This document shows positions 35,919 to 48,959 of a DNA stretch of 64,000 nucleotides, piece by piece. Source of the DNA: Botryllus schlosseri (taxonomy: Eukaryota). The notes under the pieces were generated by a model, which saw only the letters and a list, made by a program, of their open reading frames with translations, ran no database searches and was not told the DNA's origin. The translations under genes were made by a program, and so were the position numbers. The stretch lies in the NCBI GenBank assembly GCA_051294905.1, contig CM119381.1:16864001-16928000 (forward strand). Reading direction: 5' to 3'. Position 1 is the stretch's first letter; each line of letters starts with the position of its first letter.

Positions 35919-38900
35919 CCACGCACGATATGCAATGTCTTTTCAAATATATAGATGGACAATCGTATAGCGATTCAAATCGTCGATGGACTTGATTTCA
36001 TGTCCGCACACTCGAAGACGATTAATTACTTGATCTAATATATTGTATATGCGCAGAGAACAACGTATCGGTTATCGCTAGTCACATGTATGTATATTGT
36101 ATAGTCGATAGTCGTAAACTACGCCTCGAAATTTAACATAGCACCTAAAGCGAAGACCGGCTTGACCTACCAACGACTGGAGATGTTACACAATCAGACA
36201 ACTAATGGAAGGATATCCAACAAAACAGCTTTAAATCGATATAGTGATTATTACCAATAATTACTAACACGTTAACGGTATATCCCATGCAGCACAGTGA
36301 CTAAAATGAAAGAAAGAGCCTGAGAATCTATACGTTTCTTGAGATCAATTCGAACCACCAAAGGGCATTCCTATATTTACAGCGTAAGAATCGTGATAAG
36401 ATGGCATTGTGGTCGAAAATGTATACACACTTTACAAGTTACAACTACGCGCAGCCATTTGACAATATCTTGCCGGCGCGATTTCCCAAGGGAATGGGTT
36501 GGATAGAATTGTACGCACTCAATGTGTTAGAGTTGGCCCAAGTTCAAAGACGTAGTCACGGGTCAAGTTTTCGAGAACAAATATATTAGTCTAATAATAG
36601 TAGCCTTGTTACCGCCATTAGCAGCTGACTGGTTGTGGTACTGGCTGATCACCAGCTAATCCGCTTATTACGCATTCAAAAAAAAAAATTACGCATTGAA
36701 ATCGGAACCACACAGTAATAAATACCGAAACAACACAAACTTGAATTCCTATGCCCCTCGCTGATATTTGAATGCTTTCTGGCATACTCGCGATTAACGG
36801 AATAGTTTACGACCCAGACATGCATTTCGTAACATCCGTTATAAAGCGATTTCGATTTGATGATAAAAGCTCTCCTTGCCTCCTTCATGAAACGCAGTCG
36901 TTATCATTCACAATATCTATTAGGAATCACTCTCATACTAGAGGGAATCTGGAGACTAACTGATACCTATCGCGAACTATAGTGAGCCAGCGCAAAATGC
37001 AAAGTCATTCGTAAATATATATCCAAACGTAGCCAAGCCAGCCACTAGTCATTGTGACAAAACACTGCGATCTGCACACTTCTATTGAACGAGGTGAAGT
37101 TCTGCAGTCTCGTAAATAACTATATAATGACATATCTCGTAACAAGCAATTCTTGGGACATCGAGGAGAAATAGCTTCTGTCCACACTAGGAATGGAACC
37201 GTGTCAAATTGACAAAGCGCGGAACGGAAAATTTGAGCTTGATCCCGATCGTTGAAATCTCATCTCGATTTTGCTCTCCATAATCTATATATGTTGGCCC
37301 TTTCGTATATGAGATTGACACTTATTTGTATTTGGTATGTATAGGACGACGAATTGAATCAATGCAACAATTTTAGGACGTTGGGCTGGTTCGGGCCCCG
37401 AAATGATTCCTACTTTCTCCCCGATACGGCATATGTGACTGAATATGAATATAACTATTCTATGTCTACAAATTTTTAGAAGTTGATTGAATTTCCGAAA
37501 TAGCTCAAGGATCATATTGAAGACGTTGAAAATGTAGCGCAGTTTGATGAACAATATTGTGATACTTACTCAAAAGAAGACGACACCACATAACCAAGCG
37601 CTGCGACATCTTTCAAATTCTCTATGATATAGAATTTACAAACTGTGTTAAATAACTTGTTTAATATTCAATTGTTCATAGTATCGCAACCTCAGATGAA
37701 CTAATCGCTCTGATGTCTGCGGACTGCGGTACATGCACTCTTCAGAAATATTGTTCTTCGCGCCTGACTGTTATTCCGGTTTATTGATGGTTCATATTCA
37801 GCGACTATCGCCGATTTAATTCATAATGTCCAGTAAGTGCAGCATACGCAAATTCGTGACATCGTATGCACGAAACGAATAGTGGTAATCGCCTCTATTA
37901 GATGACAGAAAGATTGCAGCGTGTCGGTTCCACATTTGTCATTTCTAAGTTGACATCACTACACCATTTGTACTCTTCTCTATAGTAAGACTCAACTGAA
38001 CTAGGCGCTATTTCGAAAAGTTTCAATTTTGGATTCAGATCAGTAGGGCGGCACCAATATATCGTATGGTTAGTGGTTACCTATCCTGTCTATTCTATCG
38101 TATTGCTACTGTTCGCTCCGAGATGTGCGCTGGGCGAAACACAGATAATCCCTTTCAGTGAGCGAGTATTCGAAAGAGGTGTTTCATTATCTTCATATCT
38201 CCAACTCTGACTATATTCTAACCCTAGTCTGCCTGTATGAATTCATCACCTCTATCGTTCATTGTCTTGAAGTGCTTGACAATTTACTTTGATATCAACA
38301 AAAGCACCTGATCACATAATGTAGGCTACATACAGAACCAAGCTCTAACACAGACCTTGTTAACGCCGTCTACACGCCATCCCACAGCTTACATTAGTTC
38401 GATAATACAGGCCAAGTCATTCGAAAAATACTTGATAATAGGCGTACAAATGAAGGTAGTACCTTGTTCGGGACGTAGACGAGAAGACACAAATATGTCG
38501 GGTACCCTAGACAAAAACAACGAAATGAAAATAGCGTCTATAATTTGCCGTATGATTTGTAATGAGTCATAAAATTATTAGATACCCGACAATCTCACCA
38601 TAATAGCTTACGAGACTCGGCTGCATCTAAAGAGATATACAGATGTTGTTGGGGCCCTTAAGTAATCTCACCGTAATGAATCATCATTGTTGGAACTAAA
38701 TCCATTTGCTACACACGCCGCGGGTATGTCTGCTGATTACATACATCCTGAAATTGGAGCGACTATCTTACTGTGACATCATAATATTGCTTTTGGGCGG
38801 TTATGAATAGATGCAGTCATCATAACATATGATACCAGAAACCTAAATACCATGGTTAGACTCGATAATTCTAATCGCGTTCCACACTCTCCCCACTTCT

Positions 38901-40662
38901 TGAACCTGTTCTCTACTTGGAATCAATGAAAATGTAACAACGCGAACGAATGACTATTTGACTAATTACAATGGCTATAATCCTTTTTATATCGCTCTGT
39001 GCGATATCAGTTATGAACATTGAACACGAGATAAACTGTACTGTTGTTCTAACTTCAAACTCCTGTAATTTATTATTGGTTCTCCTTGAATCTTGACAAA
39101 GTTGTTACTATTGTAATTGTGCTATTTTGGTATATTCGAGTCGTATAAAGGAATGAAAATATTTCCATGTTATTATCATTATATTACATCAAACTTGTAA
39201 AACTTGTACATACCGATAACTTTTGATAACTTAGCTTTCCTTTGCAAAGCACTATGATATACCTTGTATTGTTCACGATTTCACGTTTGCAACAAATATG
39301 AAATGTCGAATGCACGTATTGCTGGTTTGATTTTGTTATGTCCCCCGTACATAGGCCTATAACGCGAACTAATCTTTTAAAATGCTTACCGCGGAAATCA
39401 AGGGACAAAAACAGAATGCACTTGAATTATGCATAAGGAGCGACATGGAAGTTGTTCAAATGTTCATTCATTGGTAACGACCTTCATTTATTTCCATCTG
39501 TGTAATGGGATTTATTCGATAACGCCACAGCTCCATGCTTACAGGAATGCGATTGTGACTATATACACGCGCACGGTTCACTATACGGGACAAATGTAAT
39601 AAAGTAAAGTTGTAATCAACTAAATTCTGATTGCCTGATGTAAATTGCCGAAAAAAGACGAGTACTAAGTGTTTTGAAATCATAACAATGCATGAATAAC
39701 TATACAATTTGAGTTATAAAAGCCTTTTTTATTACAACTAATACTGCATCATTTTACTACTACTAATAAGGAGAAACAGAACAAGAACACTCCTGCATTG
39801 CACATAAGACTAGGCCACGGGTAGGCCGAAATCTCATTTATCTCACAAGGTCTGATTACGTTCTCATTATTTGGAGTTATCCATCATACACGATGCCGAT
39901 GAATAAATCATCACATATCAGCAGCGAGGACAGATTACAGAGTTTTTGGAGGCACGCACTCCGACTTTGAGGTGCAAAGTTCGAGATGAGATTTAGACAC
40001 CGATTATTCGATTTTATTTCAGAATGACTCGTGTCTTCTCGTGTATCTTCAATTAGGTTATCATGTGATCCAGCCAGGGATATGTGACTGGTTGAATACA
40101 ACAGCGCCACAATGAAAAATTGATGAGAGTGTTTACATATTCATAGCTTAAAAGCATGTTGATACATTGCCATCATTATTCTGATACTGAAACCAGTGAA
40201 ACATGCTTTCTTACGATTTGACTTGAAACGCACTATTCGGCGGGAGTTATTATTCGGTTATTTAAGCCCCAGCAGAACATTTATCACCCGGGACTGAGCA
40301 AACTGACACTACAGGGAGAAGTTTCCATCAAGCTACCCCTCCCGGTACATTTCAGTCATCCCGGCGCGGCGAATAATAATAAACCAACTCTGAATATTGC
40401 CCAAGGAAAAATACGAGATAAGTGAATACGGTATGAGACATGCAGCGAATATATGGGTGCCAAGCCTATAAGCCTGAGGTAGCCAATGATTTTCCCCCAC
40501 GGGCCAAATGAAAGCAGAAAATACGTCAACGGGCCAAGTCAAAAATTATTACTATATTCTGTGGCGTATTAATTGTATTTCTAAATTGAAATCAGGGAAT
40601 TACATTGTTGATGTATGCTGCTCAGACCTCATTGGATGTATATAGGTATTAGGTACGGTTAC

Positions 40663-40794
40663 CATATGTCCTCCTTCAGAAAATTTAAAAAGTCCTCCGA
40701 GGACGCCTAAATGCCCTCCTTTTGGCAATTCATCCTCCTGTACTGCTTTTCCAGCTACGCTAATGGACAGGATCAACAGAAAAACGGCAGACAT
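40663..40794 (-). other. candidate signal-peptide first exon of an unrecognised gene
   Basis: ATG-initiated MSAVFLLILSISVAGKAVQEDELPKGG.. ends at a GTAACC donor. No convincing downstream exon chain was built. Confidence 0.25.
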
Positions 40795-41959
40795 GACGCG
40801 AAATAGGTAATGCCGGCGCTCGAGCGGGTCATTCGGGAGTCAAATCAGAGTCATGACCGTTTTTTAGTCAACTTGCAGTCAAAAATTTAGTCGACCGATT
40901 GAATGAGATTTTTTTCTGGGAATTTGATTAATATTGTCGTGTTGATGTCAGAGATATCCCTGGTTCATCCATGGTGTTAGTTAACCTATGGTCATTGGTC
41001 ACTTTATACTAGCGTACGGTGTGTTATATCTAGGCCTACACCTGTTCCTATTACACAAAGTAGGTTTACTTCGCCCGAATACTTTCATTGAATCATTGGT
41101 CCCAACAGTATGGTATAAAATATTTGTAGCGACAATACTAACGAATTTAGCGCTCAATGTCAATCCGCTCGTAACGAAGTGCGTATATTGTGTTGATAGA
41201 TGAGAAAGCTTGCGGCAACATGAGAAATCAAGAGTCTTCAGGGGCACCACTGTTATTCCAGACCAGTCCACTCGCTGCATAAATTCCATCTCAAGAGTCT
41301 TGGGAGTGGGTATTCAGTCAGTAACGAATAAGACCTGCGTCAGCTTCCAGGAATCCCGTCTTAGGCTACTGCTGAGTGTGCTTAATACGGCAATCTATAT
41401 GATTCTGCAAAACCCAACCGCGATCGCATAATAGTACCATTACACTTCCAAAAATCATACGTAATATGTTTTTATAATAGTATATTAGTTTGCATCACAG
41501 ATCACAGGGGTTTTAATCTAGCAAGTAGCAAGTAGCAACACCTTAATTCGCGAACAATGGATTTGATAAAAAGACGATGATTGACGGAATGAATACAGTT
41601 GTGAACCACTAAAATAGTGGAGGTAAGGTATACGTCGGAATACTTCTTTGCTTCATTAGTATTAGTCGTAATATGGCGTTAGCACTGTGTATGCGTTATG
41701 AGAAGTACAAGAGACTCAACTGTAAACGCGTAGGTTAGAATTTGGTTCATTTATTCAATCACGATTCGTGTGTCGGATTCCTGGGACCTTTTGAGTCTGA
41801 AGCGACACAGCAGTGCAACCAGAGATACTTGAATTATATTTTGTCTCGAGTAACTACTTTTTGGACCATTTTCCCAAAAAACTGTGAACTCAATGTGCAC
41901 GTTTTAGTTCTCAAAATTTGGTGTGAATGTCTCCGACTCGTTCCTAGTGGTTACTAGAG

Positions 41960-42188
41960 TGAAACCACAACACCGCAGTCGGGAGATTATATTGTGGCCT
42001 ACGAAAATACTCGAGATTTGCTTTTTGAGAGATTATTTAATGGAAGTACTTCCTTCAAAACATCTCGACATTTTCATACAAATGTGCCGGATTGGACAAG
42101 CATTTTCCACTCAGAATTGCTTCGCGGGCCGAATGAAGTCGTCTGGCGGACCGGATGCGGCCCGCGGGCAGTATGTTTGACACCCCTG
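41960..42188. mobile_element. partial hAT MITE (right end TTTGACACCCCTG)
   Basis: GGATGCGGCCCGCGGGC..GTTTGACACCCCTG terminus; the left end was not found. Confidence 0.5.
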
Positions 42189-42416
42189 GATATTGCGTTT
42201 GGTGGGATGAGAGGTTGGCAACTAAATGAAAGTAGGCTGCTTAGTTTCCAACCAACGGTGCAACCAGACAGAGTGATATTGCAAGGCTTGTTCGGTTTTC
42301 GATTTATTTATTACAATTTTCAAGAGAAACCATCTACCTATCATTTTCTAAGATCGAATGCAGTTTTCCGACAATATTCGATTCGCGTTAGGAGTGGAAT
42401 TGTTGATTGCTGAGTG

Positions 42417-44032
42417 CAGGGCCGTAACAGCACTTCGTCAGGCCCCCCCCCAAAACTTTGGTCTTGGGCCCCCCATAGTGTTATGGACCGAACGTCTGGG
42501 GGGCTTCGCCCCCCAGACCCCCCTCCGGCGATACACTGGTTACCACTATTCATCATTTTCATTGGGAGTTTCTTTAGTAAATCAGCTTTAGTCGCCTAAG
42601 CGCGCGGAGCGCGCAAAATTTCTAGTATTCATGATTTCATCGGTCAGTATGATCGGGAATTGCATACATTGTTATCAATTTTTATCTTCTCTCTGCTCAC
42701 GTAATCAGATTTGCCGGTAGAGCTGAGTGAGGTGTGTTTGAAAAGGTAGGACCACTCAATAATAATTAAACATCTTCGGGCGTATACCCGTTGGCAGGAA
42801 CAAAACAGCACCTCGTCAGGCCCCCAAAAACGTGGGTCTTGGGCTCCCATAGGGTGATAAAGCGACCCCCCATCACGTTGTTCGCGTTTGTCACAAAATG
42901 ACCCATACTGTATTGAGGGCCAGCGCGAAGCGCGAAAATTTTCGATAATTTATGATAAAATCGGTCAATCAGATCGGCGACTGCATATATAATATGCTAT
43001 CAATATATTGTCCTCTCTACTCACGTAATCAGATTTGCCGGTAGAGCTGAGTGAGGTGTGTTTGAAATGGTTGGACCACTCAATAATAATTAAACATCTT
43101 CGGGCGTATACCCGTCGGCAGGAACGAAACAGCACCTCGTCAGGCCCCCAAGAACGTGGGTCTTGGGCTCCCATAGGGTGATAAAACGACCCCCCATCAC
43201 GTTGTTCACGTTTGTCACGAAATTACCCGTACTGTATTGAGAGCCAGCGCCAAGCGCGAAAATTTTCGATAATTTATGATAAAATCGGTAAATCAGATCG
43301 GTGACTGCATATATAATATGCTATCACTTTATTGTCCTCTCTACTCACGTAATTAAATTTACCGGTAGAGCTGAGTGAAGTGTCTTGAAAACGGGAGGGC
43401 CCGTAAATAATGATTAAACATCTTCGGGCGGGCGGAACCGTTTATATGACTTCGTTACATGATGTTATTTCGTGACTTCCAGTCTGCTATATCAAAAAAT
43501 ATAGAACCGCCCAAACGTAGGCTTCTAAACTAAGAGAAGCACACGATTTCAAATTGGTATTTCTTCACTGGCATAAAATTTTTCCCAGCGGGATGGTATT
43601 TGTCTTGTGAGGTTCAGATTGCAAAGACAGGAACATTCGGCGCCAGTCATTTAGGCGCCTATGGACAATTAAACCTATACGTATTTTGTATATATAGCGA
43701 AGTCTTTCGGTCAGCATAAGGGCATAGACCTTTTCGGTCAAGCTTTTCTCGCTGCCAATCGTTCTGGCACACTTCTTGGAGTCGCATGTTATATGGCCTA
43801 AAACTTGATTGTATGTCTTGGTGGGTCGCGGCGCGGTAATGGCCCAATACCCAATGAGAAAGATAAATGGCTACGTGAATTCGCGCGCAGCGCGAAAAAA
43901 TTTTGAAAAAATTGCATAAATTTTTAAAAAATACTCTATGATTTATGCTAATTCACGAAATAATTTGGGGCCCCCCATCGAGCTCGGGCCCCCCCCAATT
44001 GGGGGGTTTGGGGTGCGGCAGTTACGGTGCTG
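42417..44032. mobile_element. hAT-type non-autonomous element, 1616 bp, carrying an internal 324-bp tandem repeat
   Basis: Termini CAGGGCCGTAAC / GTTACGGTGCTG; exact TSD GCTGAGTG (42409-42416, 44033-44040). Confidence 0.88.
42590..43430. repeat. tandem repeat, 324-bp period, about 2.6 copies
   Basis: The marker (C/T)A(G/A)ATTT(G/A)CCGGTAGAGCTGAGTGA occurs at 42706, 43030 and 43354. Near-identical shadow ORFs end at 42850 and 43174. Confidence 0.9.
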
Positions 44033-44304
44033 GCTGAGTGACTACTCGGTACGAATGACGTGGAAAGTTTACATACGTATGAATAGTATGTCTTTTTCAT
44101 GCGACCGAAAAGAATATAATTCCAGTTCTTAATCTAATTTGGTATTTTTTCAACAATACCAAAATCACTTTACCAAACTTCGGGTTGATCACTTCATAGA
44201 GCTGTCATCTCCACTGAAACTTGCATAGCTTTGAACTACGTTTCGTATGCTGTAACACGACCAATCGAAGCTTACAGTCTCCATAGCTTAAATATACCCG
44301 AGAG

Positions 44305-44497
44305 CAATGTTCCCTCTTAGCTGCGCACGTGCGCAATTGCGCAGTGCTGACACGGTCTCTGCGCACAAAATATCTTAGCTGCGCACACAAAAGGCGAAGT
44401 GATGACCTTTTTTTAGTCGTTATGCAGTGTTGTCCAAGGGACAGCGCAGTGATTTGGCGAGTGCGCGCAGACTCGTGAAAAATTAGAGGGAACACTG
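44305..44497. mobile_element. hAT-type MITE, 193 bp, just downstream of the NUDT22 poly(A) signal
   Basis: TIRs CAATGTTCCCTCT / AGAGGGAACACTG; exact TSD CCCGAGAG (44297-44304, 44498-44505). Confidence 0.9.
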
Positions 44498-44546
44498 CCC
44501 GAGAGCATCGTAATTGCAACAAGAAAACAGTTACCATCAGTCATTT

Positions 44547-44552
44547 TTTATT
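44547..44552 (-). terminator. candidate polyadenylation signal AATAAA of the CARF-TASP1-NUDT22 transcript
   Basis: TTTATT on the + strand, 33 nt downstream of the stop codon at 44585-44587. Confidence 0.6.
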
Positions 44553-44584
44553 GAAAGAAGATGTAAATTTGAAATAACAGCTAT

Positions 44585-47500
44585 TCACTGATAACTCTTC
44601 AAAATTCCGTAAAGAGTACAAGCAGCCTTGCCGTTGGGACACATCTTACTCCATAAATCTGGATGCGTAGACTTCATATCCGTAACATCCTAAACAAAAA
44701 CGCATCACATAGAAATCCCCCAAAAGATTCAGCCACATTCGAATTGTATTGGCGAGCGCGATCATGGGCTGGAAAATGTCGCCTTGCAAAGGACACTACC
44801 AACTGGCAGAGGGGTCATGGTCAAAGTAGCCAGCGTTGCTACTCAGGTGGAAATCACGCCGTGAATTTATATCGAATTGCAAGTAGAAGTAGTGAATTAG
44901 AAGACATGTAAAAACTACTTCAAGCAAAAGCAGAAAATGAAGAACAGAAAAGTACTCAAAAAGTAGCTCTGCTCGATGGGTCGCTGATAAAAACGATACA
45001 AATCTTGCCCAAACCTACATTCTACTTAACAAAATCCAAAGTTTTAAAAGCAGCTATCCCCTAAAACACTGTTAAGTAGAAGTAGTCTAAAAACAGAATA
45101 GGAACAAAATAGGTGGCGAGATAGCGTCGTGGCATAATCCACAGCTGCAACACCAATGGGTTGCGGGTTCGAGCCCGATCGAGGTCGATTCCAGAATTCC
45201 TACCTAAGTGTTGAAGGTTTATCTAGGCTCCTCCTCGCCATCTCATCCGTGTGAGTGGTGTCTTATAAAAGCCTAGAAGTGGGCCGTGCTACAAATCTGC
45301 AGCTACGGCATAAAAATGAAGAGAATTGACCTGGTATAAATGACCATAGTAGTCGACAAGCCCCATGAATACCACAAACAGCAACAAAGGAACAAAATAG
45401 GACGTTATACATTTTTCCTCGATGTTTTCGCGGCACATATGACTCATGATATTCAATACACACGATCTGTGCATATGCATAGTGCGAATGCAGGATATGC
45501 ATCGCTGGACAAGAAGGTGCAGATATAGCCTCCCGGAAATGCCGAGTGCCAAACGGGGAAGCCACAGATACCAGTTTTACTGAGCAGGTCTTTGGTTTAA
45601 CCTAGTCGGGGGTTACGCCCACAACCTACAGATCAAGAAGCCGGACGCTCCACTATTACGCAATCGTGTCGGTGGATAACCAAAATCAAAATAACCACTT
45701 TGGTGAGTAGTAAAAGACCTGACTACCTCTGCCAACTGGAATGCTTTAGAGATACTCAAGATGACTATTACGGAGCGGAGCAACATACTTGTTCTGGAAT
45801 AAAATGAAGATTTGTCGATTCATCGGTTTCGGCGCCGCCTTTCCTATAAGATTGGAGGACCTCTGTACTTGTCAAATGGCACCTGTAGGCAAAAAAGACC
45901 GTGACATGGTTCTCGCAATTACGGCATATTGATGTTCACATAAAACTAGGGTTGTATTGACTCGACTCGAGTGGAGATTTTTTTGGTGAATCGACCCGAA
46001 TCATTTTCCTAAATACGAAAAAGAAGAAGAAGAAAAAGAATAGCAAACCTTCCCCATCATTGGTATTTCGCCTATCGATACTTGAAATAGGACGAGAAAC
46101 TACCAATAGTGAGCAAATTCAATATCATCCGAGAAGAGTTGTAAAAAAGTAGGTGGAACACGACTTAAGCTCAAAACTGAACTGTGAACACAACGAGTCT
46201 TGGTATTATGACTCGGACTCGACCCTCTGCACTGTGACTAGGATTTGACTCAATGGTGAATTGAAAATGACTCGACTCGCGTGAAAACTATACCAGTGAC
46301 TTGTATATGAGTACCTTACAACTTGGTTACAACCTGGCATAGAACTATATAGATTAGGTAACCGTCACAATGTGGTACTCACCTCATCAGAAAGTACGCC
46401 ACCGCTCTGCCGGCACTCAAATTATTTCTGACCAGTCCCATCAGCATCGGTTCGCCAATTTTTTCAATGGACACATTTACCTGAGTTAAGAAAATTCGGT
46501 CGGGCGCTTGAAACATTCGTTAATAGCAGAGGTGGTCAGCAACGAAGTACTTCTACTTTTTCGGAGTACTCAAGTAGGTTTTGTCGACTTACAATACTTA
46601 CTCACATGCTACTGTTTTTAGTCTACTTCCACTTAGACTTATCATTTTTTTACGCAAAACCACTTTATTTTTACTCTCTGCTTGCATCAATTTCACAAAC
46701 AAAATTGTAACAACTTGTCGAAACAGCGCCTGCATCACAGTAACTCAACATATTTTCTAAAATCGCGACTATTTCCAGTGTCGTTTTGCGTGCACCTTGT
46801 ATTGCATTTTCAAAGTAAGCCGCCTCCGATTAGCCGTTAAAAGTAAGTGACCCATCGACCAAATTTGTGTCTTGAAACTATTTGTACATTGAAGAAATAA
46901 ATTTTATACTGCCACTTGATAGTTTGACATGCCTTGGAAATTCTTCCTTCTGCTTTGAGATGTTTTGGAAATTTCTACTACTACTACTACAACTACTAAT
47001 TGAGTAGAAATCTACAGCGTTAGTTCTGCTTCTACTTGAGTATACCAACGTTGACTACTTTTCACCACGTCTGGTTAAAGGCCACAACCAACCTCATCAC
47101 GAATCTCCTTCACTTGCGAGTGGAAAATTTCGTGCAACGCGCCGTCACAGTCGAGTTCGTCAAAAGAAACGAAGTCGTGAATCTCCAATCCGGCCGCGGC
47201 CTGCGCAAGTTGCAAAAAAATATTCGCATATGCGTAGGAGTATTGCTACCTTAACCACTAACCGATGGTTCCGGGTGCCCGCCTGGAACGTCGAGCTGCC
47301 CGGCGCTTTCCGCAAGCCACGAATTTCTCCACTGGAAAATGGCTTTGCCGTCGTCTGTGATAACGATGCCGGCAACACCCAAAGGTTCGGCAAGGTACGC
47401 CTGCAAGTATGTGCAGTGTGCACATTGGTCAGAGGTGATCAGCAACGAATTAGTTCTACCTTTTCAGAGTACCCAAGTAAGGTTTGCCTAATTGCGCGAC

Positions 47501-48959
47501 TTACTCATACAGTCATGTTTTCACGCTATTTCTACTAGATGAGTTTTTATACTGCTCAACTTTTTACAATTTGAATTTCTAAGTGAAACTGTCACAAATG
47601 TTCACATTGGATAGGATTGTAGCGTTAGTATACCAAAGTCGCAGCCATATCATTGATGACTAAGTAAGCATGTGCCCCTACTAAAACTAAAAAATAGCCC
47701 TACTTAGAAACCCGTCGGCTGCTGCAACCATTGAACTTTGGTTAATATGCAGCGTAGGGTTCAACGATTCAATTGGAGCAGTATCATTATCAAGCTATTT
47801 TGCGAGTAGAATAGCTGCTGGCACACAAAACCACCTGCGTCTGATTATAATCCTTGGCTCCCTTGGCCATCAATTCCTCAACTTCGTCAGCCCAATTCGT
47901 CTCCATATAGTCCCTGTAAAACGTGTAAAAGTACCCTAAATCAGATTTCTACGATCAAATCGGATACGCTCGGTAATGTATAAATTCCAATATCCCGGAA
48001 AACTGTCAAGTAGAAGTAGTATAAACCATAAACGCTTGAGTAGTGCAAACAAGCAGGCAAAACCTACTCGATTATTCTGAAAATGTAGAAGTACTTCGTC
48101 ACTCACAACCTCTGCATACCTGTAACAGGTGAGTCCGACGTTGAACGTTAGCTGTGCATTACCATCGTCGGAAGTGTATCGAACCGAGTGGATACGGAAT
48201 TTCTGCGCGTTGAACAGACGCGAGTTCCGTTGTTTTCTTATTTCCCAACGCTCGGCTATGCATTTCTCAAATTCAGGATCCACCTGCCGTAAAATCGAGC
48301 GTCACAAGTCAGTTAATGTCTAGCCCGGCCTTGTAATTACTAATCCTATGCAAATAAAAGTCAAAGGATATCAACGTAAATGTACGAACATCACAGTAGT
48401 CAAAGTTGCCACTAAAGTAGAAGTAAAAGTTAACACCTTGCTTCTACTCAATTACAAGTAAAAGTAGCTTTTTCCAAGCCATGCAAGCTACTTGAAGTGA
48501 AAGTGGAAAATGAACATCTGAAAAGTAGATTTCGTCGAAAAGTCATACTTTTAGCGGGTGGTCCAGTCTGAAATTGCAGGGTGCATCCTTGCGACTAACA
48601 AATCAGCCACTTACCGTCATACAGTGGGTATTTCACTCAGTCGTTATGACAATTTCACGCATAATCGTGAGGGAAAAATATCGCATATTGCTTGCTTATC
48701 AAGTCGTAACATAGATGTGTAAGTAGCCAAAACACATAACCACTTGATGAAGAAGTGCATGTAGGCAAAACCTACTTTACCATTCCGAAAATGTATCCGC
48801 ACTTCCATACTGACTACCTCTTATATTCACATAGCAAACTGTTACCTTCCGATTAAATTCGTCGGACATGGCTACTTTGCACATTGAGAGCGGCAGACCT
48901 GACTTCAATGGAGACGCGAACATGATAGAAATCTCGGGATCAAGAGCGTTACCCTCTGA
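44585..48959 (-). CDS. NUDT22: NUDT22-like Nudix hydrolase module (8 exons)
   Basis: LDPEISIMF..GLP, RLFNAQKFRIHS, GLTCYRDYMETNW, AYLAEPLGVAGIVITDDG, GQLDVPGGHPEP, HEIFHSQVKEIRDEVN, AGRAVAYF, ETDESTNL, LWSKMCPNGKAACTLY. These collinear motifs match NUDT22 as I recall it. Confidence 0.92.

Noticed and set aside
38460-38620. LLWVPDIF motif resembling Cys-loop ligand-gated channel loop A
   Set aside because: It appears only after speculative splicing. No Cys-loop or TM segments follow, and the other channel-like fragment is in the wrong order.
42590-43430. CRISPR-like array
   Set aside because: The units are long, contiguous and near-identical with no unique spacers, the context is eukaryotic, and there are no cas genes.
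45122-45180. Functional tRNA gene
   Set aside because: A and B boxes are present, but I could not form an acceptor stem or a consistent cloverleaf; kept only as a SINE candidate.
47430-48114. Single composite transposon that captured a NUDT22 exon
   Set aside because: The flanks ACATTGGT and CATACCTG are not a TSD, and the exon is in its native collinear position; independent insertions are more likely.
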